DNA of 64,000 bases, taken from Schizochytrium sp. TIO01 (Eukaryota > Protista > Bigyra: Labyrinthulomycetes). This document shows positions 32,653-44,600 of this stretch, one piece after another. Location of the stretch: assembly GCA_004764695.1 (NCBI GenBank), contig SMSO01000014.1, positions 1,483,648 to 1,547,647 on the forward strand, read 5' to 3'. Below the pieces are notes generated by a model, which was not told the DNA's origin, made no database searches, and worked only from the letters and a program-made list of their open reading frames with translations. How positions within the stretch are numbered: the first letter of the stretch is position 1; the number at the start of each line of letters is the position of its first letter. Both the position numbers and the translations under genes were made by a program.

Positions 32653-34317
32653 TCAATTGACAACAGCAGTGCCGCCCAAATTCTTTGCTATGCCAAATAA
32701 CAAGCACTCCTGACCACGAGGGGCCATCACCTCTACGCCTTGAGGCAGCTTTTGATACTTGCCCAATGGAACTGTAATAGCAGGCCAGCCTAACGCTGGT
32801 GCAAGCCGGTTGTTCGCACAGTATTGTTGCTTGCCCGAAGAAATGCGAGACGGAAGCTTTTTAAAAGTAGGATACGCAAAAGCATCCAGATTTAGTGAAT
32901 GTAACAGCGACGATAACGCGAGTTCAAAAACGGCAGGGAAGGTCTGCGTCAAGAGCTCATACGATTCCACCTCACGTTTTGTTAACTTGCCATGGATCTT
33001 TTTACGAATGGTTGCCACAACCGAATCACACTCAGCAGCATCAAGTCGCTCCGAGCATGACTCCGCTGTTGAGCTAGCAATGCTAGCAAGGCTCAAGCCC
33101 GAAAACTTGCGTAGGTCTTCCTGAAACTCAAAATAACTAGTAGACTTTTGCTTAGTCAGCTGTATCACCAACTTTGAAACCTCTTCTAATGCTGGGCCGT
33201 CGTCGATCATCACAAACTTAACTTCATTTGTGTCCTTGACAGCTTGAAGAAATGTTTGACGAATATTATCTTCGATAGGGAGGAGCATTGGAAGTACACC
33301 AAGCCGAACTGTCTTTGAAGACTCTCCTGATAACAATTCCGAGCACTGTGATGACCCACTGGCGATCGAGTAAGCAAGCGCAACATCCTCCGCTCGAGAC
33401 GCCATGAACCCAACAGTGTCTCGAGAATGGCTTAGCGGCACTACCCCACCCACAGGAACTGCACTAATTGAAGGGCGAATACCGTAAAGCCCAGCGAAAG
33501 ATGCAGGAATACGTACAGAACCACCAGTATCTGTCCCGACGCCAAGCACGGCAAGTCCTTGAGCAACTGCCACAGCTGTGCCGCCGCTGGACCCTCCCGG
33601 GTACCGCGTTTTGTCAAAAGCATTTAACGTTTGTCCTCCACGGGAGGATGACGTGCGGAAGCCCAAAGCGAATTCGTCCATATTCGCGTGGCCAAGTACC
33701 ACTGCGCCCGCGTCCACAAGTCTCGCGATTGATGGTGCATGAGCAGTCGCTGGTTTGGCCAGCTTCTCCATAGCAATGCTCCCAGCAGCACTAATCATGC
33801 CCTCAACATCTATATTGTCCTTGACAATTACTGGCACGCAGTACAGCTCCGTTGACGGGTTTCGTGAGCTTGCCTCACGCAAAATAGCATCAATATCCCG
33901 AACCTCGACGACGGCTTTGTATTCCTTAGCACGGCGACCTCCTAGACGTTTGATATATGCTCGAATAACCTGTTCGCAGTTCCAGCCGTCCTGCCCCCTC
34001 GCAAGAGCTTGGACCTCTTCTACGGACCGCACATTAGCTGGAATTTTTCTCGCTAGAGTATTGACACTCTCAAGGCTTTCAAAGCCTCTCAGGTTTGTAG
34101 ACTCAGCCGTTGATTCCAAGCTCAAGAGTGAGGTTGAAGTGGGTGTCCTCGACATCTGCCGCCACATCACCCAAAGCACCAAGATCGTAATCACAGCAGC
34201 GCCAATCTGCACAGAGCTCCTTTTTGTTGTCGCGAGGCCTCCATGACGTGCAGTTGGCGGCCTTGAGACTGACTTGCGCCGTTTCTCACCTGTCGAGCGA
34301 CGTGGTTTTTTGCGCAT
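32653..34317 (-). CDS. Amidase signature family protein with N-terminal signal anchor
   Basis: 'VIVKDNIDV', 'HANMDEFA', 'PGGSSGGTA', 'GTDTGGSVRIPAS' (Ser-cisSer-Lys triad); TM segment AAVITILVLWVMW after a basic tail. Confidence 0.92.
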   Translation of the reverse strand: MRKKPRRSTGEKRRKSVSRPPTARHGGLATTKRSSVQIGAAVITILVLWVMWRQMSRTPTSTSLLSLESTAESTNLRGFESLESVNTLARKIPANVRSVEEVQALARGQDGWNCEQVIRAYIKRLGGRRAKEYKAVVEVRDIDAILREASSRNPSTELYCVPVIVKDNIDVEGMISAAGSIAMEKLAKPATAHAPSIARLVDAGAVVLGHANMDEFALGFRTSSSRGGQTLNAFDKTRYPGGSSGGTAVAVAQGLAVLGVGTDTGGSVRIPASFAGLYGIRPSISAVPVGGVVPLSHSRDTVGFMASRAEDVALAYSIASGSSQCSELLSGESSKTVRLGVLPMLLPIEDNIRQTFLQAVKDTNEVKFVMIDDGPALEEVSKLVIQLTKQKSTSYFEFQEDLRKFSGLSLASIASSTAESCSERLDAAECDSVVATIRKKIHGKLTKREVESYELLTQTFPAVFELALSSLLHSLNLDAFAYPTFKKLPSRISSGKQQYCANNRLAPALGWPAITVPLGKYQKLPQGVEVMAPRGQECLLFGIAKNLGGTAVVN

Positions 34318-34554
34318 GATGTTTTTTGGTCAATTGAAATCTCATTCCTTCATTGATTCATTATTTGAATTATTATCATCTTTCCTTTTTGGTTCCTTTT
34401 TTTTCCATTACCATAATTGGACAGTGTCAGAGAACATCCGCCCGTAGGTACTCACATACTTGCTGCAGACTCGACCAGGGCTGTGTTCCAGGCGCCGCGG
34501 TACCAGCTCTCGACGGGCCTGGCGGCAACCTCGTGGTTGTCCGTGTAGCGCTTC

Positions 34555-35130
34555 ATGGCGACGGCCTCGTTCATATCGTGCGGGCCGAAGTGCGACTCCA
34601 TGGACGCAAAAGATTTCATACTTTTGGGGATAGAAGACCTTAAGCACGCAAATGTATGTGATGGAAGTCAGTGTCACGAGACCGACGACGATCCCCGATA
34701 CGAGAAAGAGGAAATTGTCGTCGCCTATCGTCTTCGATGGCTGTGATAGACTTTGAGAGTAATATATATGAAAGCAAGTATGACGACGTCGGGGAAGAAG
34801 AAGAAGAAGAGGAAGAGCGAGACCCGCAATTTGATTTGACTTATACAATGGTAGTTTCGCGCAAATGGATTTGGGAAATGAGGCTTCGATATGGACAAAC
34901 ACGCTACCAAAATGATCAATGCTATGTCACGGGATGTCTGTTACGTGAGCTCATAATGCATCTGGACCTGCAATTGGGGCAAATGGGACTTGGATATTTT
35001 TATCGGGATGATGCTACGACTATTGCCCCGTTATACGCCAAAGATTAATACTTGGAAGAACTTCGTTACAAATTTCGCGATAACCTAAACTAACCGTCGC
35101 CGTCGCCGGAGGGCGCATTCTACTTTGTTT
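34555..35130 (+). pseudogene. Possible decayed coding sequence of unknown family
   Basis: Protein-like acidic ORF pieces in two frames (34555-34746 and 34737-35048). The second still reads plausibly past in-frame TAA stops. No homology recognised. Confidence 0.3.
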
Positions 35131-35562
35131 ACAATGTCACATGTCTCATAAACAAACTCGCAAAGTACACATATATATATATATATATTATTTTTTATTT
35201 TTCAAGACCAGAACCCTCTAGACTTCTTGCTCCTACGTACCTTTTCCTACGCCCCTAGAACTGTGAAGAGTAGGTAGCGTTTGAACACAAGAAATCCATG
35301 AGGGAGGGCGTGTTTAATCGTCAAGTATAATCTTCGAGTTCTGTATAGACATGACAATTTCAAAGCTATCAAAAGCCCTTTCCTCTTCAATATCATTATT
35401 TAACTTCCACGATTTGTCGTTAGCAAAATGGTATCGCTAAAATAATTGACTGAAACAATGCTAAATGTTATCTTTGTTTCCTTAAGATATGACATCACAT
35501 ATAGGAAAGAAAACTCATGCATATATCTGTGCTATTAAATCAATTTATTTATGAAGGACATC

Positions 35563-38500
35563 TCAAGAGTGTTTCTGCACAAGTCCAGGGTAGCAGCGCA
35601 CTAGCGCTTCAATTAGTTCCTGCAATGGTACATCTCCAGCATCTTCTTGTTGACTCTGGCGGCGGGCTTCTGCGAACAAGCTAGGCACCTCAGCAACGTC
35701 AACACGTCGTTGAACAATTTGCTGTACAGTGAAAAAGAATTCCCGGCGCATACCCAAAGCGAGCATCTGTTTGAGAAGTGCTTGAACAACGTTAGGCTCA
35801 TCAAGCAAATCAAAGTCAACCATCAGGTGAGCAATCAATTGCACTGCTTGCCGGTTTCCACGATGGTCCCGCCACAACCCACGAACGAGACCGCGCTTGT
35901 CACAGCTCACAAGCTGATCAAATGTGTGCGGTAAATGAAGGTCTTCAAAAGTAGCCATGTAGATACTGTACTGCAAATGCTCAGCAAGAGGAAGCGTATC
36001 GTCCTCACGAGTAGAATATACTGACTCAATTTGCTCCATTGTCCCAAGCCGAAAGACAGCCTTCAGCGCACGGGCTCGAGATGCGAAAGTCCGCCCTGGA
36101 ACATTACCCTGGAACGCATAGTTAAGAAGATAAGCAATACCAAGGCAAGTCTCCCTGTCCACATTGCGACCCGACCGAGGAGACATGGTGTACACAATTC
36201 GTTGTAAAAGGTTCTCTTCGCGCTGTTGAGTTTCTTGAGCAGAAGTACCGCTTGAAGAAGATGCGGAAAGCCACTCTAAGACCAAACGCTTTCGAACTTC
36301 CAACAGGTTGACCTGGTGACGCTCGGCAAGCTGTTCTGCGACTTGATGTAGGCGATGACGATCTTGCCATTGTGTTGCAGCGACAGGACCAAACCGATCG
36401 TACAAATCAGCAATCAGCTTACTGTAATCTACATCAGCACGCTTGTTAGGCAGCTTGGTATTAATTCCGGCATGTCGAAGGTCGAGTTGGGTTGCTAGCT
36501 GGTTGGCAAGCACTGCCATATCATCACTTTCAGCTCTTTCGAGAGCAAATCGTAGAATCAAAAGTTTGGCTTCAGGTGCTTCTACTTGGCTTACCAACCA
36601 GGTACATGCCTCAAGAACGCGACCTTGGGCCTTGACATTATTTAAGACAGGAAGGACAGTCTTAGTGACGGACTCTCCTGCCCGCATCAGTTTCCGCACT
36701 AAACAGAGATAAAAGTCGTTCGGGTCCAGATCAAGAGGATCGCTAAGAGCAACTAACCACTTGACGGTATCTGGCTCCAGGCAAGCCTCCAATGTGCGCC
36801 AAGAGTCGCCCTCAAAGAGAGCATGAATGTCAAGTCTTACATCACAAATACGCAAGAGTTCAAGAACTTGAAGGTATTTTGATCGACCTGGCCAGTCACA
36901 CAATCGACAAACAGCTTCCAGACGCTCATATGAGGTTCCCGGGATGCGCGGGAAAACATACTGGCACATTTGAAGAAGCAAATCATCAGCTAGCCTGCTC
37001 GTAGCAAGTGCAATATTGTCACGCAAGGTTTCTAGATCAGCATTTTCATCCAAGAGGACAAGCTTCAAATAGAGGCCATATATAACATCGCTAGGCACAT
37101 GATATTGAGAAGCAAAAGAATCAATGTTCTTCAAATCATATCCAGACTTTGGGATACACTGCGGCAACAGAGCTTGCTGTAGATATTGTGCAGGCTTGCA
37201 GCCTTCAGCAGTGAACTGGAGAGAATCAAATTCAACCCCAAGTGACTGCAACCATCTCCACCAATATGAGTTTTCCTGCATCCGATGACAATCAGTAACC
37301 AGAGACTGCGTACGATGAAAACGACCCAAAGTAACACCAACGCCTGCTAAGGTCTGCAAACGTGCATAGTTACCACGCTCATTCTTCGGCAAACTGGAGC
37401 GATAAGTAGAGAGGGAGGTTTCATCATCTGCAATCAAATAGCCCAGGGCAAGATCAACGTCAATCTTTGGGGCAGACAAAACCTTTTCACCAAGGCTTCG
37501 TACAAGTGATTCGGCGACCTGGAGGTCAGAATTTATTGCCAGACCTGCAACTCTGAGAGCAAGCTGCAGGGCACCATTCTGTGACAAGTGCTCAATAAGG
37601 TTTTCAGCCGGGACAACCGGGTTGTGGCGTGCACCTAAAGCGAATAGAAAACGAGTGAGCAGCGGTAAGACCGCACCAGATTCAAGAACAGTTCCATATT
37701 CCCTAAACCATGCATGGAGCTCATGAGCTTGCTGAAGGCCAGGTGTTACAGTTGCATCGTCCATATCCCAATCGAAGCCATCGCCACAGCGGTCTAGCAC
37801 AGATTGAACCAAGCTACTGCTACGTAAAAGCTCCACTGCGCGAGACAACTGCGTAGACTCCTTACTATGCAGACAAATATCCACAAGCAGTGCATGGCCC
37901 ACACGCTGAGCGCTGCTACTCTTTGAGAAGCGAACTGCCAACTCAACTGCAAGTCGCTGTCGCCAATAGAGACCCATCGGCCGACCACTCCATGCAAGAC
38001 ATGCTTCGAGGTGACCCTGACGAGCAAGCCAAACTGCTACACGCCCAGCCATTTGTTCTTTGCTAAAACCCAACAGACAAGCACGTCGCTCCAAATCTGT
38101 TGTACTTGAGCTCGCGTGCTCGCGCATGACGTGGAGCTCTAAAAGCCCCTCCGCATCGCCATCTAAGGAAAAGTCTTGCAGATCTAACTTTATTGAAAAT
38201 TCCTCTAAAAGCTCACGAGCAGCTTCGAAACCTGCCGCCCATTCGTGGCCGCCACACTGGCCAACTAAGGCACCTAGCTTCGCAACATAAATCCTTTCTT
38301 GATCCGTTTCTGCATCGCTATCTTCAGCCAGGCCCCAAGTACAAAAGTGTCGAACTCGCTCTTCCACAGCACGGACTACCTCAGCGTTCGTAATTTCGAC
38401 CATCAGAGCATGAAGCTGCTTAACCTTGATTTCGTCAGGGCTTTCAGTTTGTAAGCTCATATTTTCGAATAATGTTGCAAACACGTCCGCAACATCAAAT

Positions 38501-41187
38501 CGATACACCTGCGCAATCTTCACGGCTCGCTCCGCCACGGCATCTGATTGAGAAAGGACATACATGAGAATGGACTTTGCCTGGTTCAAACTGTTGAAGT
38601 TGAGCTGTTGATTAAGTTGAAAGCTTGACAAAAGCGCAGAAAGGTCCATCAAACGTTTCTGATCCAGAACCTCGCCTTGCATGTCAGTTGTCCAGGTCAT
38701 AGAACGCTCTACAAGTGCAGTGAGTTCATCGCTGTACGGAGGAACAATATTACGCATTAGGGACAATACTGCTCGTGACGCATCTTTGAGGTCACTGATC
38801 TGGTCTACAGCCTTGACAGCACATTGCTCTCGTGCACTGTTTGATGAATCTATCTCCAATGCAACGCGTTCAATATATTTCACCAGCACTTCGTCAGCAT
38901 TAATACCGTAGCGTTGTGCACATGGTCTCAAATGATCATGTACAGCTTTCTTAACAAGTTCCGGGGCAGTGACACGGTCCACCATGTCCATGAGAACTTC
39001 CTCACGCGAAGCGCTACGAAATGTGTCGATATCAATCTGTAAGTTGTGTACGTTACTTAAATGTAGAACCTCCTCAAGATCGGTGCGGAGACGCTCAAGC
39101 TCAGCAAGCGAATGATCATGCGGGCGAGGTCCACTTTCTGCTGCCTGCCGGGCAAGCTCTCCAGGACTACAAAGACTTAACTTGAGCTTTTCACGTTCAG
39201 TCTGGACTTGGGTGGAAGCAATCATACCAACTTCTTGAACTAACGCCAAAGCCCGTGCAGCATCATGTATCTTGGAAGCAATAAAGACTGCCCATCCTGC
39301 AAGCTCGACCTTTTGTTCGTGTGAGCGCACGTGAGGCCCAACATGATCTTTAATCCAGCCTACCATAGTCTCGCTCGGAGTTTCAGCAGGAATATACTCC
39401 AGAAGATGAACTACATCATCGTCCACGCCAAGATGTCTATGGAGCACCACAGATGCCATCTGAAGTTGACCCTTCTGCAAGAAGAGAGTCAAGGCTTGCA
39501 TGAGTTTACACATGCGGAATCGTTGCCACTCTTCGCAGTCAAACGATTCACTTAGGAGTGTATACGTTTCCAATCTGTACAGCGCATCCTTGGCCATATT
39601 TAAAAGTTCTCCGTCATCATGTTCAATACAGAGCTCCTCAGCTTTGCGAAGAAGTCGCCGTTGTGCCAAAGCTGCACCTGGAAGTTTAACTTGCAAACAG
39701 CCTTGTACAACGTAAGACAAAAATCGTTGAGGGTTGAGTGAGACTAATTGATATGCAACAGCAAAAAATTTCTCATATATCGGCTCCGGTAAATCAGTAG
39801 TCTCCTCAGAGCTTTGCAGCAAACTCGAGCGCGCAGTTTCTAAAAGTTGGCTGAGTTTGCCCTTAAGAGCGCGGTCACGGCCTGGGAGATCATGTTGGAC
39901 AGCCAGGGTGAGAGCGTCATCAAATCGACCTGCAGTGAGGAGAGACTCAAAACGCATCGCCTCATTACTTTCAAAGCACATTACACCAGTGACACCATCC
40001 TCATGCTGATAAAGAGCAATACAACGAGATCCTGGAAGAGTGACAAGAGAACCCGGCCGAGTTTGGTTCTTGCGAGGCTCACTCTCAAATAACGGTTCGA
40101 GCGTTTTCGCACCATGTAAACGAATTCGAGCAACGCGAACTGCACCAGACGTGAGCAGCATTCCGAGACGAGCACCAGGCCCCATGTTTGCAATATCAAC
40201 AATATCAGGATTTGTGCATAAGCAACGCAAAAAAATTGCTCGGCGAGCATCCCAAATAGAAATGCGACCGCGCTGGGTAAGTGTGACCACGATATTCTGA
40301 CTTGCCGTACTTTCTAGTGCTGTGAACGGAGAGACATTATCAAGGGGGTCAGAACCAAATCTGTCGAGATATAAAGGCGATCTACTATCTGCACTCACCC
40401 AGACGTTAAGACGGGGCGCATCCCGAGATCCAAGAAGCACACGAAGAAATCCACTTACTTCGTTCCGAGCTACAAGCATACCCATGGATCCTTCCGGGCA
40501 GCTCGAAGCAAGATCAAATGATTGAATTGTCGCAGAGTCACGAACACTCTTGAGCAAGGCTGTGTTTCCAGCCTCCGCAGCATTCTCTAGAAGGTGAAGA
40601 CAAAGATTAGAAAACCGGAAGAGTTTTGCTGGGTTTCTGCATGAAATGAAGAGCTCCTCTCCTACCTGCTCGCTGTCAAAGAAGCTCGGCTGGTCCAAGA
40701 ATGTCATGCAGTCGAAACGCTGCTTAACATCATTTAGCATTTTCTGCGAAAATAACAAAGTTCCACGCTCGTTAATGAAATGCAAACAACCCTGCGAATC
40801 ACCCACACAGAAACAGTTACCGCTTGAGTTCCACGCCAAAACATCCACGCTAAGGTTAAACCTGGCCTGCTCTTCGGCGGGTCGCATGGCTTCATCAACT
40901 TCATAAAGCCTCAAGTCGCGTCCTGCGTTTAAGCAAAGAACTGTATTCTGATCAAGGCGCTCTTCATCATCAGATGTCGATGCTACGGATAAAGCTCCCG
41001 CACAGAGACATTGTAATGTCTTGCTCATTCCCGATCCTGACATTCCAGGCACATTTCCGGCGCCACTAAGGTTTTCTTGCCCTTCATCGCTATCAAACGG
41101 TGCTAAAGCTGAGGTTTCAAGGTGCAGAACTTCTGTCACCGCGAAAAGGTCTGTGTTCTCGCTTGTGGATGCCATGGCGGTTTCCAT
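35563..41187 (-). CDS. KNTC1: Kinetochore-associated protein 1 / Rough deal (RZZ complex)
   Basis: About 1,870 aa: N-terminal beta-propeller-like region, then an alpha-solenoid. 'RFESLL...RFDDALTLA', 'LYRLETY', and Rod_C-like 'RARALKAVFRL...YMATFEDL...CDKRGLVRGLWRDH'. Confidence 0.8.
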   Translation of the reverse strand: METAMASTSENTDLFAVTEVLHLETSALAPFDSDEGQENLSGAGNVPGMSGSGMSKTLQCLCAGALSVASTSDDEERLDQNTVLCLNAGRDLRLYEVDEAMRPAEEQARFNLSVDVLAWNSSGNCFCVGDSQGCLHFINERGTLLFSQKMLNDVKQRFDCMTFLDQPSFFDSEQVGEELFISCRNPAKLFRFSNLCLHLLENAAEAGNTALLKSVRDSATIQSFDLASSCPEGSMGMLVARNEVSGFLRVLLGSRDAPRLNVWVSADSRSPLYLDRFGSDPLDNVSPFTALESTASQNIVVTLTQRGRISIWDARRAIFLRCLCTNPDIVDIANMGPGARLGMLLTSGAVRVARIRLHGAKTLEPLFESEPRKNQTRPGSLVTLPGSRCIALYQHEDGVTGVMCFESNEAMRFESLLTAGRFDDALTLAVQHDLPGRDRALKGKLSQLLETARSSLLQSSEETTDLPEPIYEKFFAVAYQLVSLNPQRFLSYVVQGCLQVKLPGAALAQRRLLRKAEELCIEHDDGELLNMAKDALYRLETYTLLSESFDCEEWQRFRMCKLMQALTLFLQKGQLQMASVVLHRHLGVDDDVVHLLEYIPAETPSETMVGWIKDHVGPHVRSHEQKVELAGWAVFIASKIHDAARALALVQEVGMIASTQVQTEREKLKLSLCSPGELARQAAESGPRPHDHSLAELERLRTDLEEVLHLSNVHNLQIDIDTFRSASREEVLMDMVDRVTAPELVKKAVHDHLRPCAQRYGINADEVLVKYIERVALEIDSSNSAREQCAVKAVDQISDLKDASRAVLSLMRNIVPPYSDELTALVERSMTWTTDMQGEVLDQKRLMDLSALLSSFQLNQQLNFNSLNQAKSILMYVLSQSDAVAERAVKIAQVYRFDVADVFATLFENMSLQTESPDEIKVKQLHALMVEITNAEVVRAVEERVRHFCTWGLAEDSDAETDQERIYVAKLGALVGQCGGHEWAAGFEAARELLEEFSIKLDLQDFSLDGDAEGLLELHVMREHASSSTTDLERRACLLGFSKEQMAGRVAVWLARQGHLEACLAWSGRPMGLYWRQRLAVELAVRFSKSSSAQRVGHALLVDICLHSKESTQLSRAVELLRSSSLVQSVLDRCGDGFDWDMDDATVTPGLQQAHELHAWFREYGTVLESGAVLPLLTRFLFALGARHNPVVPAENLIEHLSQNGALQLALRVAGLAINSDLQVAESLVRSLGEKVLSAPKIDVDLALGYLIADDETSLSTYRSSLPKNERGNYARLQTLAGVGVTLGRFHRTQSLVTDCHRMQENSYWWRWLQSLGVEFDSLQFTAEGCKPAQYLQQALLPQCIPKSGYDLKNIDSFASQYHVPSDVIYGLYLKLVLLDENADLETLRDNIALATSRLADDLLLQMCQYVFPRIPGTSYERLEAVCRLCDWPGRSKYLQVLELLRICDVRLDIHALFEGDSWRTLEACLEPDTVKWLVALSDPLDLDPNDFYLCLVRKLMRAGESVTKTVLPVLNNVKAQGRVLEACTWLVSQVEAPEAKLLILRFALERAESDDMAVLANQLATQLDLRHAGINTKLPNKRADVDYSKLIADLYDRFGPVAATQWQDRHRLHQVAEQLAERHQVNLLEVRKRLVLEWLSASSSSGTSAQETQQREENLLQRIVYTMSPRSGRNVDRETCLGIAYLLNYAFQGNVPGRTFASRARALKAVFRLGTMEQIESVYSTREDDTLPLAEHLQYSIYMATFEDLHLPHTFDQLVSCDKRGLVRGLWRDHRGNRQAVQLIAHLMVDFDLLDEPNVVQALLKQMLALGMRREFFFTVQQIVQRRVDVAEVPSLFAEARRQSQQEDAGDVPLQELIEALVRCYPGLVQKHS

Positions 41188-41670
41188 GTCAGATGTCAAA
41201 ATTGTGAAACGGATCCTTGCCAAAGCAGAGACAAGGCTTAATCAGAGTCGTCGCCAGGCAGTCTGCAGACTCACTGCAGCTGCCGACAGCCTCAGGACAA
41301 GGCCGCACTGCGGAGCAATAGGTATTTTACCAGATTGAGGAGTTGAAGCAGGTTTTGCTGACTTCGACTGCATAAAAATTACTAATTGATCCCAGTATTT
41401 TGACTTCTCTTACTATCATATGAAGGTGGTACTCTGGCGGTTGGACACTTATCGCAATTACACTTAGTCAGGTAAATACTATTTTGATAGCTTGATATTA
41501 GGCTATGGAATGAGATATTTGCGAAATACTACATTTGAAATAAACACCGATCGTACTTGAATTCAGAACCTCAAGTAATATGCTCACAATTGGTAGGTTG
41601 ACAGGAGCATCTATATTCTTGACTTCGAATTAAATTTTACAGCGATGGAAAGAACTGAAGATGAATTGGT

Positions 41671-44600
41671 TTAGGATTCTTCAATAATAGCAGACCCGGT
41701 AATCTTGGCTGAGGTCTTGGTGGACCTGCGTTTTGGCGTTTTGGAGGACGATAAGGCAGAGGTCGAACGCGCTGCAAATGATGCTGTTGCCGAGGCCCTG
41801 GCAAAAACCCTCGTGGCAGCAGCAAGAGAAGAATTAAGGCGTAACTCGAGCTGTAGACGTCGAAATTTCATGTCACGATCCTTGGTCCGGGCCTCGCAGA
41901 GAGCCCATAAAGACAGTTCTAAGAGGGAAATGTCTCCGTTGTTGTCTGCATCAATCCAGCGTAACGCCTCAGAAGCCTCTTCAGTGGTAAGCACATGACC
42001 TATTGCAAAAGCAAGAGAACGAAATTCCTGGGCATCAAGACCACCGTCGTGATTAGCATCAAATCTATTAAAGGCCTTTTCAATGAGGCGTAGTTTCTCA
42101 GCATCTGCAGTAAGGTATGGCTTGGCGGTGGTCGATTCTGCATCAGCTTGAGCCATTTGAGGCCACTCAGGAATAGATCGTCGAAGTTGACTGAGTCGAT
42201 CATATCTACTTGCACGCTCCTGCAAATCATCCATATATGCTACCCGTACAGCTTCGCAATGCTCCCGGCACCTCTCTTGTAACCCTTCGTGGAGCTTAGC
42301 CTTATGGGCTTCTTGGTGCTTGAGCTCCGCAGCCCTTGCTTGGCGTTCTCGATACATTGATAACTCAAATGCTTCAGCATCAAGAAGTCTTTCTTCCTCT
42401 ATAACTAGACAACTACGCGCAAGCATCTTTTGGAGAAGCTCCTGAACTCTCCGTGGCTCTGTTATTGAGATACCGACTTGTTCTACTAAAGCCTGAATGC
42501 CTTCATGTTGGGGGACAAGATTGACAAACTCGTGCATGTCAGCACTCGTGCTACCTAACTGGCCTCGCGTTAAGGAAAGAGAAATTTGTTTAACCCATGA
42601 ACCATGACCAAAGTTGAAAGTTTGCAATTCCACATATTCAGCCCTTTCAGACAACATTCCTCGTACAATAATTCGACGTTTCTTTCTATGAAGGTCCGCA
42701 ATGAGGCGACCTTGCCGAATTAATCTCCCAATTAAATCTAGCGACATCCTTCTTTCCATCGGAGTTCCTAGACGCAAGATGAAAATTTATACGAGATGTA
42801 AGCCATGATATGAGGCGACCCAGTTCTAATTCAGAAAGTTCCTTTGTCAGAAGGAGTGAACTTAGGTCGTGTGCACCCGAAAGAATATCAAGTGCATCAC
42901 CAGGGACTGTAATTGAATGTTTTTCTAGAATTTGTGCTTCTGTGCTTTGCTCAGCTAGAGCCCCACCTGCCACAGGCCCATGGCCCACAAAGTTCACCTT
43001 GTCGTACATCTCTTGAAAGATTACATCAGAACTGGTCAAGCGCGCCGCTGCCAAAGTGTATCTTCTTAGTAAATCAAGTTCAATTTGATATCCCCCATTC
43101 ACGACGGGAGTATGAGGGATTACCATCAGACTCGTTTCATCAATTTGTGTCTTGATATGCACTTCATTTTCAACAATTTCTTCGTTATCGCTGGATATTG
43201 TAGCTTCAGTGCTGTCTTTATTATGAAGTAGCACTTTCTCTGATTTTAGATTAACGGTACCGCGTGAAATGGAGATGCTTTCTTTCAAATCAGCACCACA
43301 GTTAGACTCCTGAATTTGTTCATCTTGACTGCAAACAGAATTACTGATTTTCACACCATTGGAAACGAATAACATTCCATCGGATGCTTGCAAGAAGATG
43401 CTGCCTGATAAGAGCTCATATCGAATTCGAAATAGACCAAAACCTTTTGAGGCTCCCCGAAAAATTGTCTGAGCATGGTTTTGAGTTCCTAGAGGAATTT
43501 TGATTTGTTGATGAAATGCAGTGCTTGCTGCCCGAAGTCCTTGTTCCAGCAGTTTCTGCGCTGCTTGTACTGTAGAGGGCGATAGCATATCTAGATCAAT
43601 GATTTTTATGGAATGCAAAGACCAAGACGGGACGCGTACACAAATAGCTGCTAATCCGGGTGATACAGTCCAACTACTAATTCTGCATCCAATGCCAGCC
43701 ACACGCTTCACGAATTCACTGGTTCCACGAGGTGGTTGTTTAGGGAATGGCGAGCGTAGAGCGAGGCCTTGTCGCATTGCTGTTACAGCTTCGGGCCAGA
43801 TAATGCTTCTAGTATCAACGTCGAGGCTTAGTTGACGTAAAATACTTTGTAACCGTCTAGATCTTAATAGCTCCATACGAGCTAGCTGATTTACTACTCG
43901 TACTGCTTCAGGGATTCTTGCATCAGAATCAACCAAGGTTAGAAGTGGGTTCGCATCTTCTTTCACGTAGAGAGCAGTTTGCTTTTCTGATTCACGAGAC
44001 AAATTATCCTCCTGAAGCATTTCGGCAAGTTCTGTACGCGCAATTCGCTCGTCTTTCTCAACTTGCGTCTCACGGCGCAAGCGTAACCACAAGTTTCTGT
44101 TTCGCTCAAGGATATCTAGGGACGCGGCTGTGTTATTTTGAACCTGTACCAAGCCACGATGGATCATGCGAAAGTGCTCCTCTGGTTTGCTTTGACTGAA
44201 GATGAGAAGCTCATAGGTTACTGGAGGAAGACGAAATCTTTCTGGTGGATGATTAGAATGATCGCTATGAAGCACGACTGAAATGGCATCCATTACGCTT
44301 GTTTGCCGCTTAGGATCGTGCAAAATAGCATGAGCAACAGCACCCCGTGGTACTCCTACCTGAAGCATCATGCAATACCTCATGAAGTATGGATGCTCAC
44401 GAATTGTATGTGGAGGTCGAGTGTCCGTTCGAATTGCAAGAAAAGAGTAAAGCATCGCAAACAATTCCTTCGCTTTTTTGCGATCTAAAAGGTCTGTACG
44501 ATCTAGATTTGTTAGTAAACCTCTTACACGAGTTCGAGAGAGTCTAATCCGCAATAAGCTTTGGTCCTGCTTCAGGGCTTCGATCAAGATATCCCCATCA

